NCBI RefSeq assembly: GCF_009914755.1
Contig: NC_060935.1
DNA: 64,000 nucleotides
Direction: 5' to 3' (one strand)
Origin: the human T2T-CHM13v2.0 reference genome, Homo sapiens
Translations under genes and position numbers: made by a program
The notes under the pieces: generated by a model
Seen by the model: only the letters and a program-made list of their open reading frames with translations
Database searches by the model: none
Told to the model about the DNA's origin: nothing
Part shown: positions 39,865-53,069 of the stretch, piece by piece
Layout of the letters: the number at the start of each line of letters is the position of its first letter
How positions within the stretch are numbered: position 1 is the stretch's first letter

Positions 39865-40351
39865 GACACACACACATATATACAGACACACACACACACA
39901 CACACTACATTTTCTCTCTATATATATATACACAGACACACAAACCTATATATATTTCTGTGTGTGTATATATGTATACACGTATATATGTATATACAAA
40001 TATGTATACAGACATACACACAAATCTATAAAATCAAACATTGAAACATGTATATACATGTATATATACAGACACACACAGAAGTATGTATATATATGTG
40101 TGTAGATAGATACAGACACACACAGAAATATATATAGGTTGATTTCACATCTTTGCTATTGTGAATAGTGCTCTTATAAATATACAAATGTACTTTTTTT
40201 GATATAATGGTTTCTTTTCTATTGGGTAGTTACTCAGCAGTGGCATTGCTAGGTCGATTAGTTCTTTAAGAAAATTCCATGCTGTTTTTGATAGAGGTTG
40301 TACTAATTTACATTTTCACCAACCACAATGAGATACTATCTTACACCAGAC
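39393..40351 (-). mobile_element. L1PB-type element with an internal rearranged (TA/CA)n tract and short 5' inversion
   Basis: 3' end tatagatttaggaatacaaatgcagatttgttaca; sense-strand piece aaccacaatgagatactatcttacaccag at 40321; near-TSD cagtgttg (39385) / caatgttg (40352). Confidence 0.88.
39748..40137. repeat. Complex (TA)/(CA)/(TG) low-complexity tract with inverted repeats
   Basis: Seen directly; includes a perfect 25-bp inverted repeat (39943-39967 vs 40116-40140). Confidence 0.9.
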
Positions 40352-41549
40352 CAATGTTGTAAAAAGTTTTTCTTTGTGTAATTTTTATTTGATTTCATGG
40401 GAAAGATTGATCCAAATAACCAGAAATAGAAATGCACTAGTATCTTAGGAATATTTTCACTGGGTCTGTGAGGTTACTCATATTTTACAGGAGTTTTCTA
40501 AATACATGTTGGAAATCATCAAGTGGCTCTTTGCAATGAAAACTCTTGTTTGTTTTGTTTTGGGAGCTCCTCAAGGGAAAGTGTGGCATTTATGATAGCA
40601 AGCAATGCATTGAAATCATGTTCATGATTTTTTCAAACTTTCTATAAAATTTTACTCCCCAAATTCCTTTACAATAAAATGGTATTTGATTTTATTTTGT
40701 ATTTAAAACTTGATCTTTTAGCATAAAAGATCAAATTTTATTCTCATTATTTTCATTCTCAAGCTATCAGTAAATTCTAAAGTCTTTTCTTTTGTATTTC
40801 CATGTGATCATTGGCAGAAGTGCAGAATAACTACAGATTGGGTTTAAGTAGAGTTTGTGTAGAAAGTTGTCTTTGCCAGCTGACTTTATGGGACTTGAAT
40901 GTGTTCACATCTCAACATATGTACTCTGAGGTGATCACTCTTTCCTGATGATGTCTTTTAGACCTCATGGAATCCCTTCAGAATCACCAGTTCAATTTAA
41001 TATCTCTAATAAGCATATGTGAATCATATTTTAATTTTGTAAATGATTATGTAGATACAACTGTAATTGACTGAAGAGAATGTATTGTTTAGGGATTATG
41101 ATTAAAATTGGACTTTACCGTTTGAAGGTCTTTAGTTATAATAACTATAGGGTGTATACCATTTTATGATTCACAGAGTGTTCAACTCACATAATTCTTA
41201 AAATAGTCACGCAAGGCTATTATTATTCCTATTATATTATACAGGTGAGAAAACAGACTTGTTATAAGTAAGATTTTAACACTAATATAGAATCCCACAT
41301 TATTTACTCCCAAATTCATAGATTATGCTGGTCTTTTAAATTGTTATTATGAATATAGTCATATATTTGTTATTATCAATGATAGTCAATAATTATTAAT
41401 AATTAAAATTAATAATAATAATATAATTATTATGCATATCAAAAACCATATTATAAGATCATATTGAGCTGGAACAAGTTATATCCAACATTGAGCTTTA
41501 CAGGATCTCTATTGCTTGCCTTATTTGGTTTAGAATAAATTATTACAGC

Positions 41550-42560
41550 CAAAATTGAGACTTCTGTATAATATTCCCTGATCTTTTCTCTCAATTAGTC
41601 TCAACAGAACGAACTAGTATTCTGCTTTTGATGATTAGCTTTCCTATGAATATTTTTGAACTTTTACTGTATAAGTTATATAGTAAAAGTATAAATAATC
41701 TTTAAACAATATTGAAGATCATTTTTGTATTTTTAAGCTTTGAAAAAATGTAACAGACATTGCTTTTACAAAAGATCAACAGCATCCCTTCGATGGATGT
41801 AGGAGCAGATACATTTGTACTGTCATATTCTATTGCATGACTACAAAACAAGTGACATTAACTGTTTGACCACAATTTAGTTTTCACTTTCCAGTTGATG
41901 GACTATTTTATTTGTTTTCAGCCTTCTGCTTTTTCAGATAATGTCACATTTCTTCTTTTATTAAATACTTGTTTATATCTCATGACATTTTTCCATTGGA
42001 TTATTTGCCTTTTCTTACGAATTTCGCAGTTATTTATACAACCTGAAGCTTAATAATTTATTGGTTGTATTCATAAAAATATATTCTAGTTGTAACTTAC
42101 CTTTTCACAATCTTTATGATATCTTTTAAATTTACAAAGCTTTTATTTGAATGTAATTGCATGTACCAGCTTTTTTTTTATAACTGGTGCTGATGCTTTT
42201 TATTTATTAAAAGCAAACATAAATTTCCTACCAAAAATATTATAAAATGCTCTCATAGTTTATTCTAAAAATTATTTTTTAATTTTACTTTTCTCACTTA
42301 AATCTTTAATCCTTTCATTTTGTTTTCTTATTGTAAATTGAAAGTTAAGGGTCTGTTTATTTCCATTAAATTAACTTTTTTTTTAGTGTCTCTAATTGAG
42401 TAGTCCACTATATCCATGAAAATTTTAGGGATTTGTAATTCCATATCAATCATATACATACTGGTATCTTTCTATTCTGTTTCTATTTCTATATTGTTTT
42501 ATTTCGATTTTTATGTTGCCTATTCCTGCATGAATACCATATGTCCTGTTTAAGAAATAT
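41550..42560 (-). mobile_element. Old L1M/L1ME fragments
   Basis: T-rich degraded L1, e.g. catttttccattggattatttgccttttctta. Confidence 0.55.
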
Positions 42561-42639
42561 TTATGAACTGTAAATTCCTATGTTAGCTTCTGTAAGATAT
42601 AGTCTCATGCATTTTACAATCAAAAAATGCATTTGTAAT

Positions 42640-43640
42640 TACGTTTAGCAGCTTTATTGATATAAAATTTACATGCTATACAATTAATCACCCATTTAAA
42701 GTATTCGATTCAATATTTTTAATATATTCAAAGGATTGTGCAACCATCCCCACAATCTAATTTTAAAACATTTTGATTCCCTAGAAAGAAACCCTGTACC
42801 TGTTAGGAATTATTCTCCATTCTACCCACTCCTCCCTCAGCCCTAGGAATTGATTAATCTATTTTTCATCTCTATGTATTTACCTACTATTCAGTTTTAT
42901 ATGGATGGAATTATATAATTGTGTATGTGTGTGAGTGGGTTCTTTCGTTTAGTAACATTTTCAAAGTAGACCTATGTTGTAGCATGTGTTAACATTTCAT
43001 TTCTTTCTATTGCCAAATATTTTATTGGATAGATATATGTGCCACATTATTTATGTATTAAGCTGATAGGCTTTTTGATTTTCTTCTTTTTTTTACTATT
43101 ATGAATAATGTTTTTATGAAAATTGGTGTGTAAGTTTTTGTGTAGATGCATTGTTTTTGTTTCTCTTGGATATATACCTAGGAGTGAAACTGATAGTGTT
43201 GTAACTTTATGTTTAATACTATAAGAAATTGCCAAACTGTTTTCCAAAGATTCTGCACTGCTTTGCATCCCCATCAGAGATGAACAGGGTGAACTTCTCC
43301 ATATCCTCATCAATACTTATTTTTTGTCTTTTTCATTATAGCCTTCATAGATGGTGAAAAATGGTGTCTCACTGTGATTTTGATTTGTGTTTCTCTAATA
43401 ACTATAATTATGTTAAGAATCTTTGAATGTGCTTGTTGGTCATTTCTATATTTTCTTTGGAGAAATATCTATTCAAATCATTCATCCATTTTTAATTGGC
43501 TTATTTGTGTTTTTATTGTTGAGTTATAAGAGTTGTTTACATATTAAGGAAACAAGTTTCTTATCAGATGTATGGTTTCTGAATACTTTTCCCATTCTGT
43601 GGTTTACACTTTCACTTGCTTTATGGTATATTTTGCAGAA
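42640..43640 (-). mobile_element. L1MB-type 3' end
   Basis: cagctttattgatataaaatttaca...cacccatttaaagt...ttgtgcaaccatc...aaagaaaccctgtacc. Confidence 0.85.
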
Positions 43641-44639
43641 AAAAAAAACCACCAAAAAAAGAAAAACACCCGGTTTTGCTCTTTATAATAAGTAGGGTCT
43701 GTAACAAGAGCTATTAGGAAGAAACAGTTGTAGCTGTAAAATAAGTTTTAATTACATACCAAGGGCTTTGGATTTTTCTCTAATTTGGGAGTGTAAATCT
43801 AGAACTACTAGGTAAACCATAACATCAGGCTACCAGTGTCTAGACTTCCATCTTTTAATTTAACATTAAAAATTGCCATAAAAGGATACAGAAAGTAAAA
43901 AATAAATTCCACCACCAGAAAGTAATGAAAAACATTCCTATTATTAACAGATTCAGTAGGATAGGATTAAGAAAAACAAACCTAGAACACAGATACTTGG
44001 CCTTATGAGCTGAAACCCACCTGATGGCCACCCAAATTATGGAGGAGAGTTGGACTAACCTGATTCATTGTCTGCCTTTAACATTGGACTGCAGAGGCAA
44101 CACAACCAAGGAAATTAACCACCTACTGCCCTTGAGCAGTCTTCTGAGCAGGCCAGAGTCACACCCTGCTTCCTGTGTCCTGCCTCAGCTGTGCCTATTA
44201 TTCTTTAAATCCAATAAAAAATAAAAATACCTACTAAATGGGTATAGCAATATTTGGTTACATTGGTTCTGAATACAAAAACTGTAGAGAAAAGGAGTAC
44301 TGTGGGTGGGAGCAGATACTGGCAGCATCTGAGAGCCATCCACACTGGGAAAGAGTGTCATCCTTGTTACATCCTTGTTTGGCCATGTTACAGAGCATGG
44401 CAAAACAACATTTTAAGCATAGGCCAGGAATCAGTAATCAAGAATATTCTACTTGTACAGAGCCATGCATGCTACATGAAGACTTGCAGGACACCATAAA
44501 TTGGATCAGGGCCTTTACCCAACAAGCTCCACATCAGGTCAAGATCGGCAAGCTGAGGCAGAACTATGACCTCTTCTGAACTATGACCATTTCACAAATG
44601 TAAGTCGAATGGAAAACATCTTTATAATATTCAGTATTC

Positions 44640-44900
44640 ACACATACAGAGACTAGATTTAGGACAAAAAACAGGAACACAGAGCAATGAGGAAAGAGTT
44701 CTTTTTACAATAGGGTGCTGGAACAGTTGGATAACTATGTGAGAGGGTGGTATAAAGAAGGCTTTTTCAGGAGTTGGTGAGGTTCTCTTTCTTAACTTGG
44801 GTAATGGTTATGTAGGTGTTTATCTTGTAGCGACTCATTAAGCTATGAATTCTTTTACTGCATTTTGTGTTTTGTAGTGAATTATATTTCAAAATTATAC
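44640..44900 (+). mobile_element. L1M/L1ME fragments
   Basis: ggtgctggaacagttggataactatg; ttctctttcttaacttgggtaatggttatgtaggtgt. Confidence 0.55.
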
Positions 44901-47573
44901 GTAAAGGACTTCTACTTTCCTTTGCTATGGTTCCATATTCACATCAATGCCATTTGCATTACTTATCTGTTTCCAACTGTCTTTGTCCTGAGAAAGATAA
45001 TTTTCCAGAAAGTAAAGGGGTTCATTTGGATTATTGGAAAACAAGTAAAATCGCAATGTAAATGAATACATTATATAGTTTTACCTGATTTTTTTTAGTT
45101 AAAATAGCCAACATTTTTCTGATCTCCTGAAATGAATCAGTGTTGCGACTGTTCTGCTTGCACTGTCTCATTTAGCCATAATAATAATTCTACAATGTTG
45201 GCAACATTGTTATCTTCATTTAAAAGCTGTAGAATTTAGGCTAAGTAGTGAAGTTAAATGCCTAAGAAGGCAGTAAATTAGATTCCAAGTATGTCTGAAT
45301 ACAGTTCTCAACACCTTAACCAGTGTGTCATACTACATTTTACTAACTCACAAGTATGGTTAACAGATAACTGGCAATCACCTACTGATTAATGACATGA
45401 TCTAATTTTATATGTGCTGGATAAAGACTGGCTGTGGTAAATTCACAAAGATTATATAACCTTCCGTGTCTGTTGGTACCTATCAGGCTTCTTCTGGATA
45501 CACTCTGACATTCTTCATGTCTTTATAGCTCATAACTCTATTAATGCGCAAAATAGAGCATTGTAATGCAATGTTTACATGCCTATAACTGCAAGTATAT
45601 GATAAAATCCCTGAAAGTTTTCAATGTCTTATTTTCTTTAGCCCTACAGTTTAGCACACAGGTGTTAAATGATGCTTGTTAGATTGAGAAGAATAAACAT
45701 TCAGGAAAAAAAAAAAAAAAAGCCTGTCACCTTCACCAAGACAAGCAGTTACTGCTCTAATCTTATTTAAAGAGTACCCTAAAACAGGTTCCTTGTGCAA
45801 ATGGGCAAATCTCTACCACTATTTTGCAAATGGGCTAAAATATTTGCAAAGTGTTCCTACTCAACATAAGCCATAACTTGCATATTCTTGAGATAATTTT
45901 TAGAAAGATCAGCTTTTCTGAAAGTATCTGAGCTTCATGGTTTGCAAACACATTAATGATTTAGTTATTTTCAAACTGTTTAAAGATTAGGTAGATACCT
46001 GATGAATGAACTGCATCCCACCCTCTCTGAGAAAAAGCGAATTTTATTCTGTCCCCTAGAAACAATAAACATGAAAAAACTCTAAATCAAATGCACTCCA
46101 CATTGTAATTGGAAAGCATTTCACTCTTTCAGATAACTCATGAAATGAATCATGATTTTATGTTTGGACAACTGTTATTATACCAAACCATTCAAGAAGC
46201 TGTATTCTTTTTATCTAGATGTAATGACACAGGTAATCAGTTTTCAGTTAATTCTGTTTTAAAGCAATAGGTTTGAACATGGGTTAATTAACATATTTGT
46301 GAATGGCTGTCATATATATTAAAATAAAGTATACCACTATTAACCTTAAAATGATATAAAACCTGTACTGAGTTCTTGCTACGTAATTCAGAAGAGGTTT
46401 CCAAATTTTGCTATGCTTCTCTATTGACATTTTGGTATCTACTTTTTATCGTGTCTGTTAAAACTGGTAAAAACTCATCATTAAACATTTAGAATTTATA
46501 TAATAATTAAAAATTCATTTAGTAAGTTTGTGAACTTATTTACTCACTGAGAGACAAAATTTGGGTATAATAGGTTACTTCTTTTTATAAAGATGTGGAT
46601 TTTTAAAACAGATAGCTGTCTTTCTGGGAGACTTTAGCATTTACTTAGCTTAGAATCAGAGTAATGGATAATAATTGTTAGCGTTCCATTTTCAGTCCAT
46701 ATTGCTTTTAAAATATGAAAAGCATATAAAATACTTTTAAAAACCTTTTTATCTTTCTAATATTTTTTTCTACAAACCAGTCTCTTGATTTCTAGGTCTT
46801 CTCATTGAACAACATTTGCCTTCACCTGGGATTAAATATGTTACCAATGCTATGAGACTCAGTTGATTCCGTTTACCGCACTGGGAGAGTAGTATACTTT
46901 AAGAAAACGTGGAAGAAAATTTCTGTATTATTTTATTTTCACCTAATCTTTTCTTAGATCAGCATGGAGATGCCTGTAAGCAGTGAGTCACAGATATAAA
47001 GCAAAAAAGCAAGCCAAATTGTAACTAATTGCAGTGCTACTATAATTGTGTGATTCTTCATTTTAGCCTATTATAATTTGTTCTATTATAAATGTCAGAA
47101 GGGAGAGAATGACAAATGACCACATGATTTTTTTAGGCCAGTATTCTTGAGGCTAACCCTATCTGAATACATAGAACTATGCGTATTCTCTTCCTTTCTT
47201 CCTTCTCTTCTTTCTTCTTTCCTTCTTTCTATAAATATTTATTGATGCCTACAATGTGTCTGGCTGTGGACTAGATGTTTAAAATACTATGTAAACCAAA
47301 AAGTTAAAAAATTTCTTACTTTCGTAAACTTTATATCCTTGTAGAATAAGACTGTGAGCAAACAAAAGATAATTAATGAATAAATTAGCTAGCACTATAT
47401 TATATATTAGAAGGTAGCAGATGCTAAGAAAAAAGATATCAGGGGAAGTGGGATCAAGAGTGAGGAGTAACTTGGAGAGCAACTGGAGGGTCTAGAGGAG
47501 AGGAGTTACATTATCTCATCTATAATGTCGAGAATCATTGGGATAACTCGGCTGTCATGTTGAGAACAAACTA

Positions 47574-47920
<347 letters not shown>

Positions 47921-48513
47921 TTACTATGGTTTAGACCAGAGTGGTAGTAATGGTGGAAGTAATGAAGGTGTTAGAAAGTGGTCAGATTTTAAATATATTT
48001 TGAAAGATTTTCTTGATGATTTGAATGTTTGATGGGTAAGAAAAAGAGCTAGAAAAAAAAAGACGATTCAAAATGTTTGGTGTTAGCAATTGAAGGGACA
48101 GAGTTGCAATCAACCGGAATAAAGAAGGTTGTGGGAAGTACCTGTTTGGAGAAGATAAACAATTTCATTTTGGACAGTTAACTTTGAGATGTTCATTAGA
48201 CATCCAAGTGAAGAAATCAAGAAAGCAGTTGGATATACAAGCCTGTGAATATTTATTATGTAGTGGTCAACATATAGATGGTTATTTAAAGCCATGAGCT
48301 TAGAAGAAATCACAAGGAGGGAGTATATAGGGGAAATAAAGGCAAGATAACCAGTGAATAGTTAATTAACAAATCAGAGGAAGAGAGAACGAGTGACCAC
48401 TTAACTAGGAGAAAATCCAGACACATTAGATATACTGGGAGTCAAAAGAAAAAGTTGTACCAAGTAGGTGAGAGTGATTCCACTGCAGGAAGATAAATTT
48501 AAGACAGCAAATT

Positions 48514-48833
48514 GGCCGGGCGCAGTGGCTCACGCCTGTGATCCTAGCACTTTGGGAGGCCAAGGCGGGCGGATCACGAGGCCAGGAGATCGAGACCGTC
48601 CTGGCTAACATGGTGAGACCTCATGTCTACTAAAAATCCAAAAAATAAAAAAAATAGTAGCTGGGCGTGGTGGCGGGCGCCTGTACTGTAGTCCCAGCTA
48701 CTCTGGAGGCTGAGTTGAGGCAGGAGAATGGCGTGAATCCCGGAGGCGGAGCTTGCAGTGAGCCGAGACCGCGCCACTGCACTCCAGCCTGGGCTACAGA
48801 GCGAGACTCTGTCTCAAAAAAAAAAAAAAAAAA
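48514..48833 (+). mobile_element. AluY
   Basis: ggagatcgagaccgtcctggctaac, agaatggcgtgaa; TSD aagacagcaaatt (48501-48513, 48834-48846). Confidence 0.95.
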
Positions 48834-49099
48834 AAGACAGCAAATTGATAACTGGATACAGCAATAATATGTCATTAGTGACATTGTTAAAAAAAAGTGT
48901 CTGAAGTGTTGGAGGCAAACGCCCTCTAAAATCTGAATTTAACTGTGCCTTCTGTGGCAAAAAAATTCCCTCACCTAAAAGTACTTCTCTCACGTAAAAG
49001 CTGGAAATGGCCTTTTTTGTTACCCTTTTTAAACTACTCAAGCCTCATTCCTAGGAGTGTTTATTTGTATATGGCTCCTTATCTTTTTAAATATAGTGG

Positions 49100-49320
49100 T
49101 CAGGACCACCAGCTAAGGTATCAACTTGGTCAAAATGCTGGCTTCATTATTTTCTTTTCTGTGATATCTGTATGTCACTTAACCTCTTTGGCTTCTATGT
49201 ACTCTTGTCAATATTTACCTTCATGAGTTATGACAATTAAATAACCTTATGAAGCACTTGGCACAATGCATAGTACATAGTAAGTATTTGATAAGTGATA
49301 GCTACTATTGTCATTATTAC
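49100..49320 (+). mobile_element. MIR SINE
   Basis: gtcacttaacctctttggcttc...gaagcacttggcacaatgcatagtacatagtaagtatttgataagtgatagcta. Confidence 0.7.
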
Positions 49321-49962
49321 TATGTTATGGAACTACAAGGCCCTGGTGGCTTCACTGGTGTTAGTCACTTAGTCACTTTATAATCCTTTCCAGATCCTGT
49401 GAAATCTGCCAGAATTCCAAGTTAATCCTGGAAATCTCAGAGCTTTTTTATTCATTGAAGAAAAGACTGTGTAAAGCTTTCTTGTTTTTGAACTTGGAAG
49501 TCTCTACTACTATAAATTTATGCACTTGAACTTAATCTCTCTGCAGAACTACAGCCAACTAGAAGCCCCTCAGGCAACCTAACCTGTTGCTGTAGGGTGA
49601 CTCTTTCTTGGATATTCTTTCTGTTTCTTGAATGACTCGTTGGCCTTTATCTCCTTAAACATCAGGTTGCTCTGGTCCTCACTTCTTTCACCTGGAGCTG
49701 CCTATCTGCCCCAGTCAGAGTCCTCCAAAGCAGTCTGAAATGCTTTTGTCTGAAATTATCTAATATCTCCCCAGACATTGGAAAGCATTTTGAATCTCAA
49801 GAATGCCTGTATAGGAAATATGAAATAGAGAGTTGGTACAGATGTCCAAATAGTTTGAAGGAAAGTGGCGAAAGAAGGATGGGGTAGATAATAGTTATGA
49901 ACATGAACTTGGAGGCAGAAGAAATTGGGTTCAAGTCCTGGCTCCTCATTGATCTTGGGCAA

Positions 49963-50442
49963 TGTACTGGAAAAGCCCCCCTAAGAGGACCATGAGGAAA
50001 ATGTGTTGATCAATAAAGCTGATTTATTAAAATTCCTTACAGCAAATAAGAATACCACATGGATAGTCTAAGTAGTGTTTTAGAAGAATGAAGTTAGGCA
50101 ACAGTTTTCAAAGGATTCCCATGGCCTGGACTGGGTAATCAGTAGGTCTTATAAGGCAGGAATTTGGTTGAAAATTGGGCAGAGACCATTAAAAATAGCT
50201 TAGGTTGGTGGATACAACAGAGTGAAGGCCCTAGAGCAGTCTTGCTGAGCAAGCAGTTTGTTTTGAAAAGTAAGCTGTTCTAGTTGGTTTGCAGTCATAT
50301 ATTCTAGGAACAAGTATTTCCCAGAGCAAACAGCTTAGGGATTATTTTTTGGTTTCAGTATTACTAAATATACATTTAGGAAAATAATGCCTGGATTGAG
50401 TACTATGTAACACAAGAAATAAAATTGGTTTGAGTTTTTAGT
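49963..50442 (-). mobile_element. Old ERV1-class LTR (MER89/90/110-like, family uncertain) splitting a MIR (~49890-49962 and ~50443-50575)
   Basis: MIR stops at tgggttcaagtcctggctc...tgatcttgggcaa and resumes at ttctctaagccttagtgtctttatctttgaaatg; the insert starts with TG and carries tttatt and attgg motifs. Confidence 0.5.
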
Positions 50443-50900
50443 ATTTATGTTCTCTAAGCCTTAGTGTCTTTATCTTTGAAATGCATGTAATGAGTAGTAT
50501 ATAGGATAAAATATTGAAAGCACTTATGTCTGGTCATGATATTTAGTAAATACTCAACATATGTTAGCATTATTTTATGATGAAATAAAATAGTAAATAA
50601 GTAATCATTTTATTTGTTGTTATATGATATATCATTTTCATGGGTCTTATTGAATAAAACATATGCATTTTTATGCCAGCACCAGAGAACCCATGTTCAG
50701 ATATCAGACCACCTAATTTCATATCCTGGAACATCACTCGCTAATGTGGCTCCTATAGTAGATTGTAAACACTCTTTAATTCTATTTCCATATCTCATGG
50801 TAGGAATATTAAAAATACATTTTTTGATATTGTATTGCCAGTGTTCAAATGGCAGTAACTGTAACTAAAACATACATGCTTGTCTAACCCACACCATTAA

Positions 50901-51107
<207 letters not shown>

Positions 51108-51911
51108 TGATAAAATGTGTTGGAACAGATATAATCACTTATGGTTTAGAAAGAAAAATATGTATCACATGACTTTATAAAATACATAGTTTTTTTCTAA
51201 CAAATGTTAAATAAATACATGCACATAGCCCTATTAAATATGTATTCACTTTTTAATCTATATAATTCTGTACAATTTAAGTATTTTCAAAGGGCATGAC
51301 TATTTTTGCAATTTTAAAAACTGAATAAGGAATGATTATAGTTATGTCAAGTAGAAAACTTTATGAAAAGGAAAATAACATTTTGAAAGAAAAGAATTTG
51401 CCAAACGATTAATGTCTGTTTTTTAGTGCTGGAACTATGAGTGGTTTTCTTCCCAAATCTTTTTCTTTTGTGAGTTTTTAAAAAAATGTTCTTGGAAGAA
51501 TTTATTTTTTGTAGTGAAACAATAAAAGTAGCAAGACTCACTAGAAAAAAAATAGAAAGAAGGAAAAGCGTATCCTCCATAATCCTAGTATCAGAGAAAA
51601 TTTAAAAAAAAACTCACTATTTTAGTTATACCTTGTACAGTTATAGAAAACATGTATTAATCGCATTACAGAAAGAAAAAACCTTAAGGTAGAAAATTAA
51701 AAGTATAGAAATGTACAAAATAAAAAGCCAAAGTCAATATCTACAGTCTCTCAAATCATACGCTTCTCTCCTTTGGTGGTCTTGTTAACAACTTGATTTT
51801 ATCTTGCTAGGTGCCCCTCAGTAAATTTTCTATATATATACAAATATATAAAATTTTACACAAAATTAGCCATGATATATATGTACGTATACATATATAT
51901 ACACACATCTA

Positions 51912-51942
<31 letters not shown>

Positions 51943-52102
51943 TATTCTGCTGTTCACTCTTGTCATTTAGCAATATATTACAGATATCTTAAATTGCCAT
52001 TACATTTAGAACCAACTCAGCTTTTTACTAGATACATATTATTACAACTTAGAGATTTACCCAGCTGTTCCGCTACTGAGAAAAAGAAAATCAATTAACT
52101 AA

Positions 52103-52431
<329 letters not shown>

Positions 52432-52681
52432 GCTACTATTGGGTTTTAACTAGTTTTGTAAAAAATAGGAGCAACAAGGTAAAGGAAAAAAAAACTGTTT
52501 TTGATGAAATATCTAGATAATTTGCTAATAAGCTTCATCAGAGGGTTAATAGGCACTTAGATATAATATTGGAATCCCTTTACCCCCACAGAACATCTCC
52601 TGGAATTAGTTTTCTGAGGAACACACATTAGGAAGTACTAAACTGTAGTTTGGGGTAGCCCTAGAAAAACTAATCCATTTA

Positions 52682-53069
<388 letters not shown>

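Noticed and set aside
39806-40105. Tyr/Ile/His/Thr-rich ORFs
   Set aside because: Translation of (TA)/(CA) microsatellite.
44238-44579. 113-aa ORF; the overlapping frame has HLRAIHTGKE resembling a zinc-finger linker
   Set aside because: No C2H2 cysteine spacing, no tandem fingers, no poly(A)/TSD of a processed pseudogene; lies among old L1 debris.
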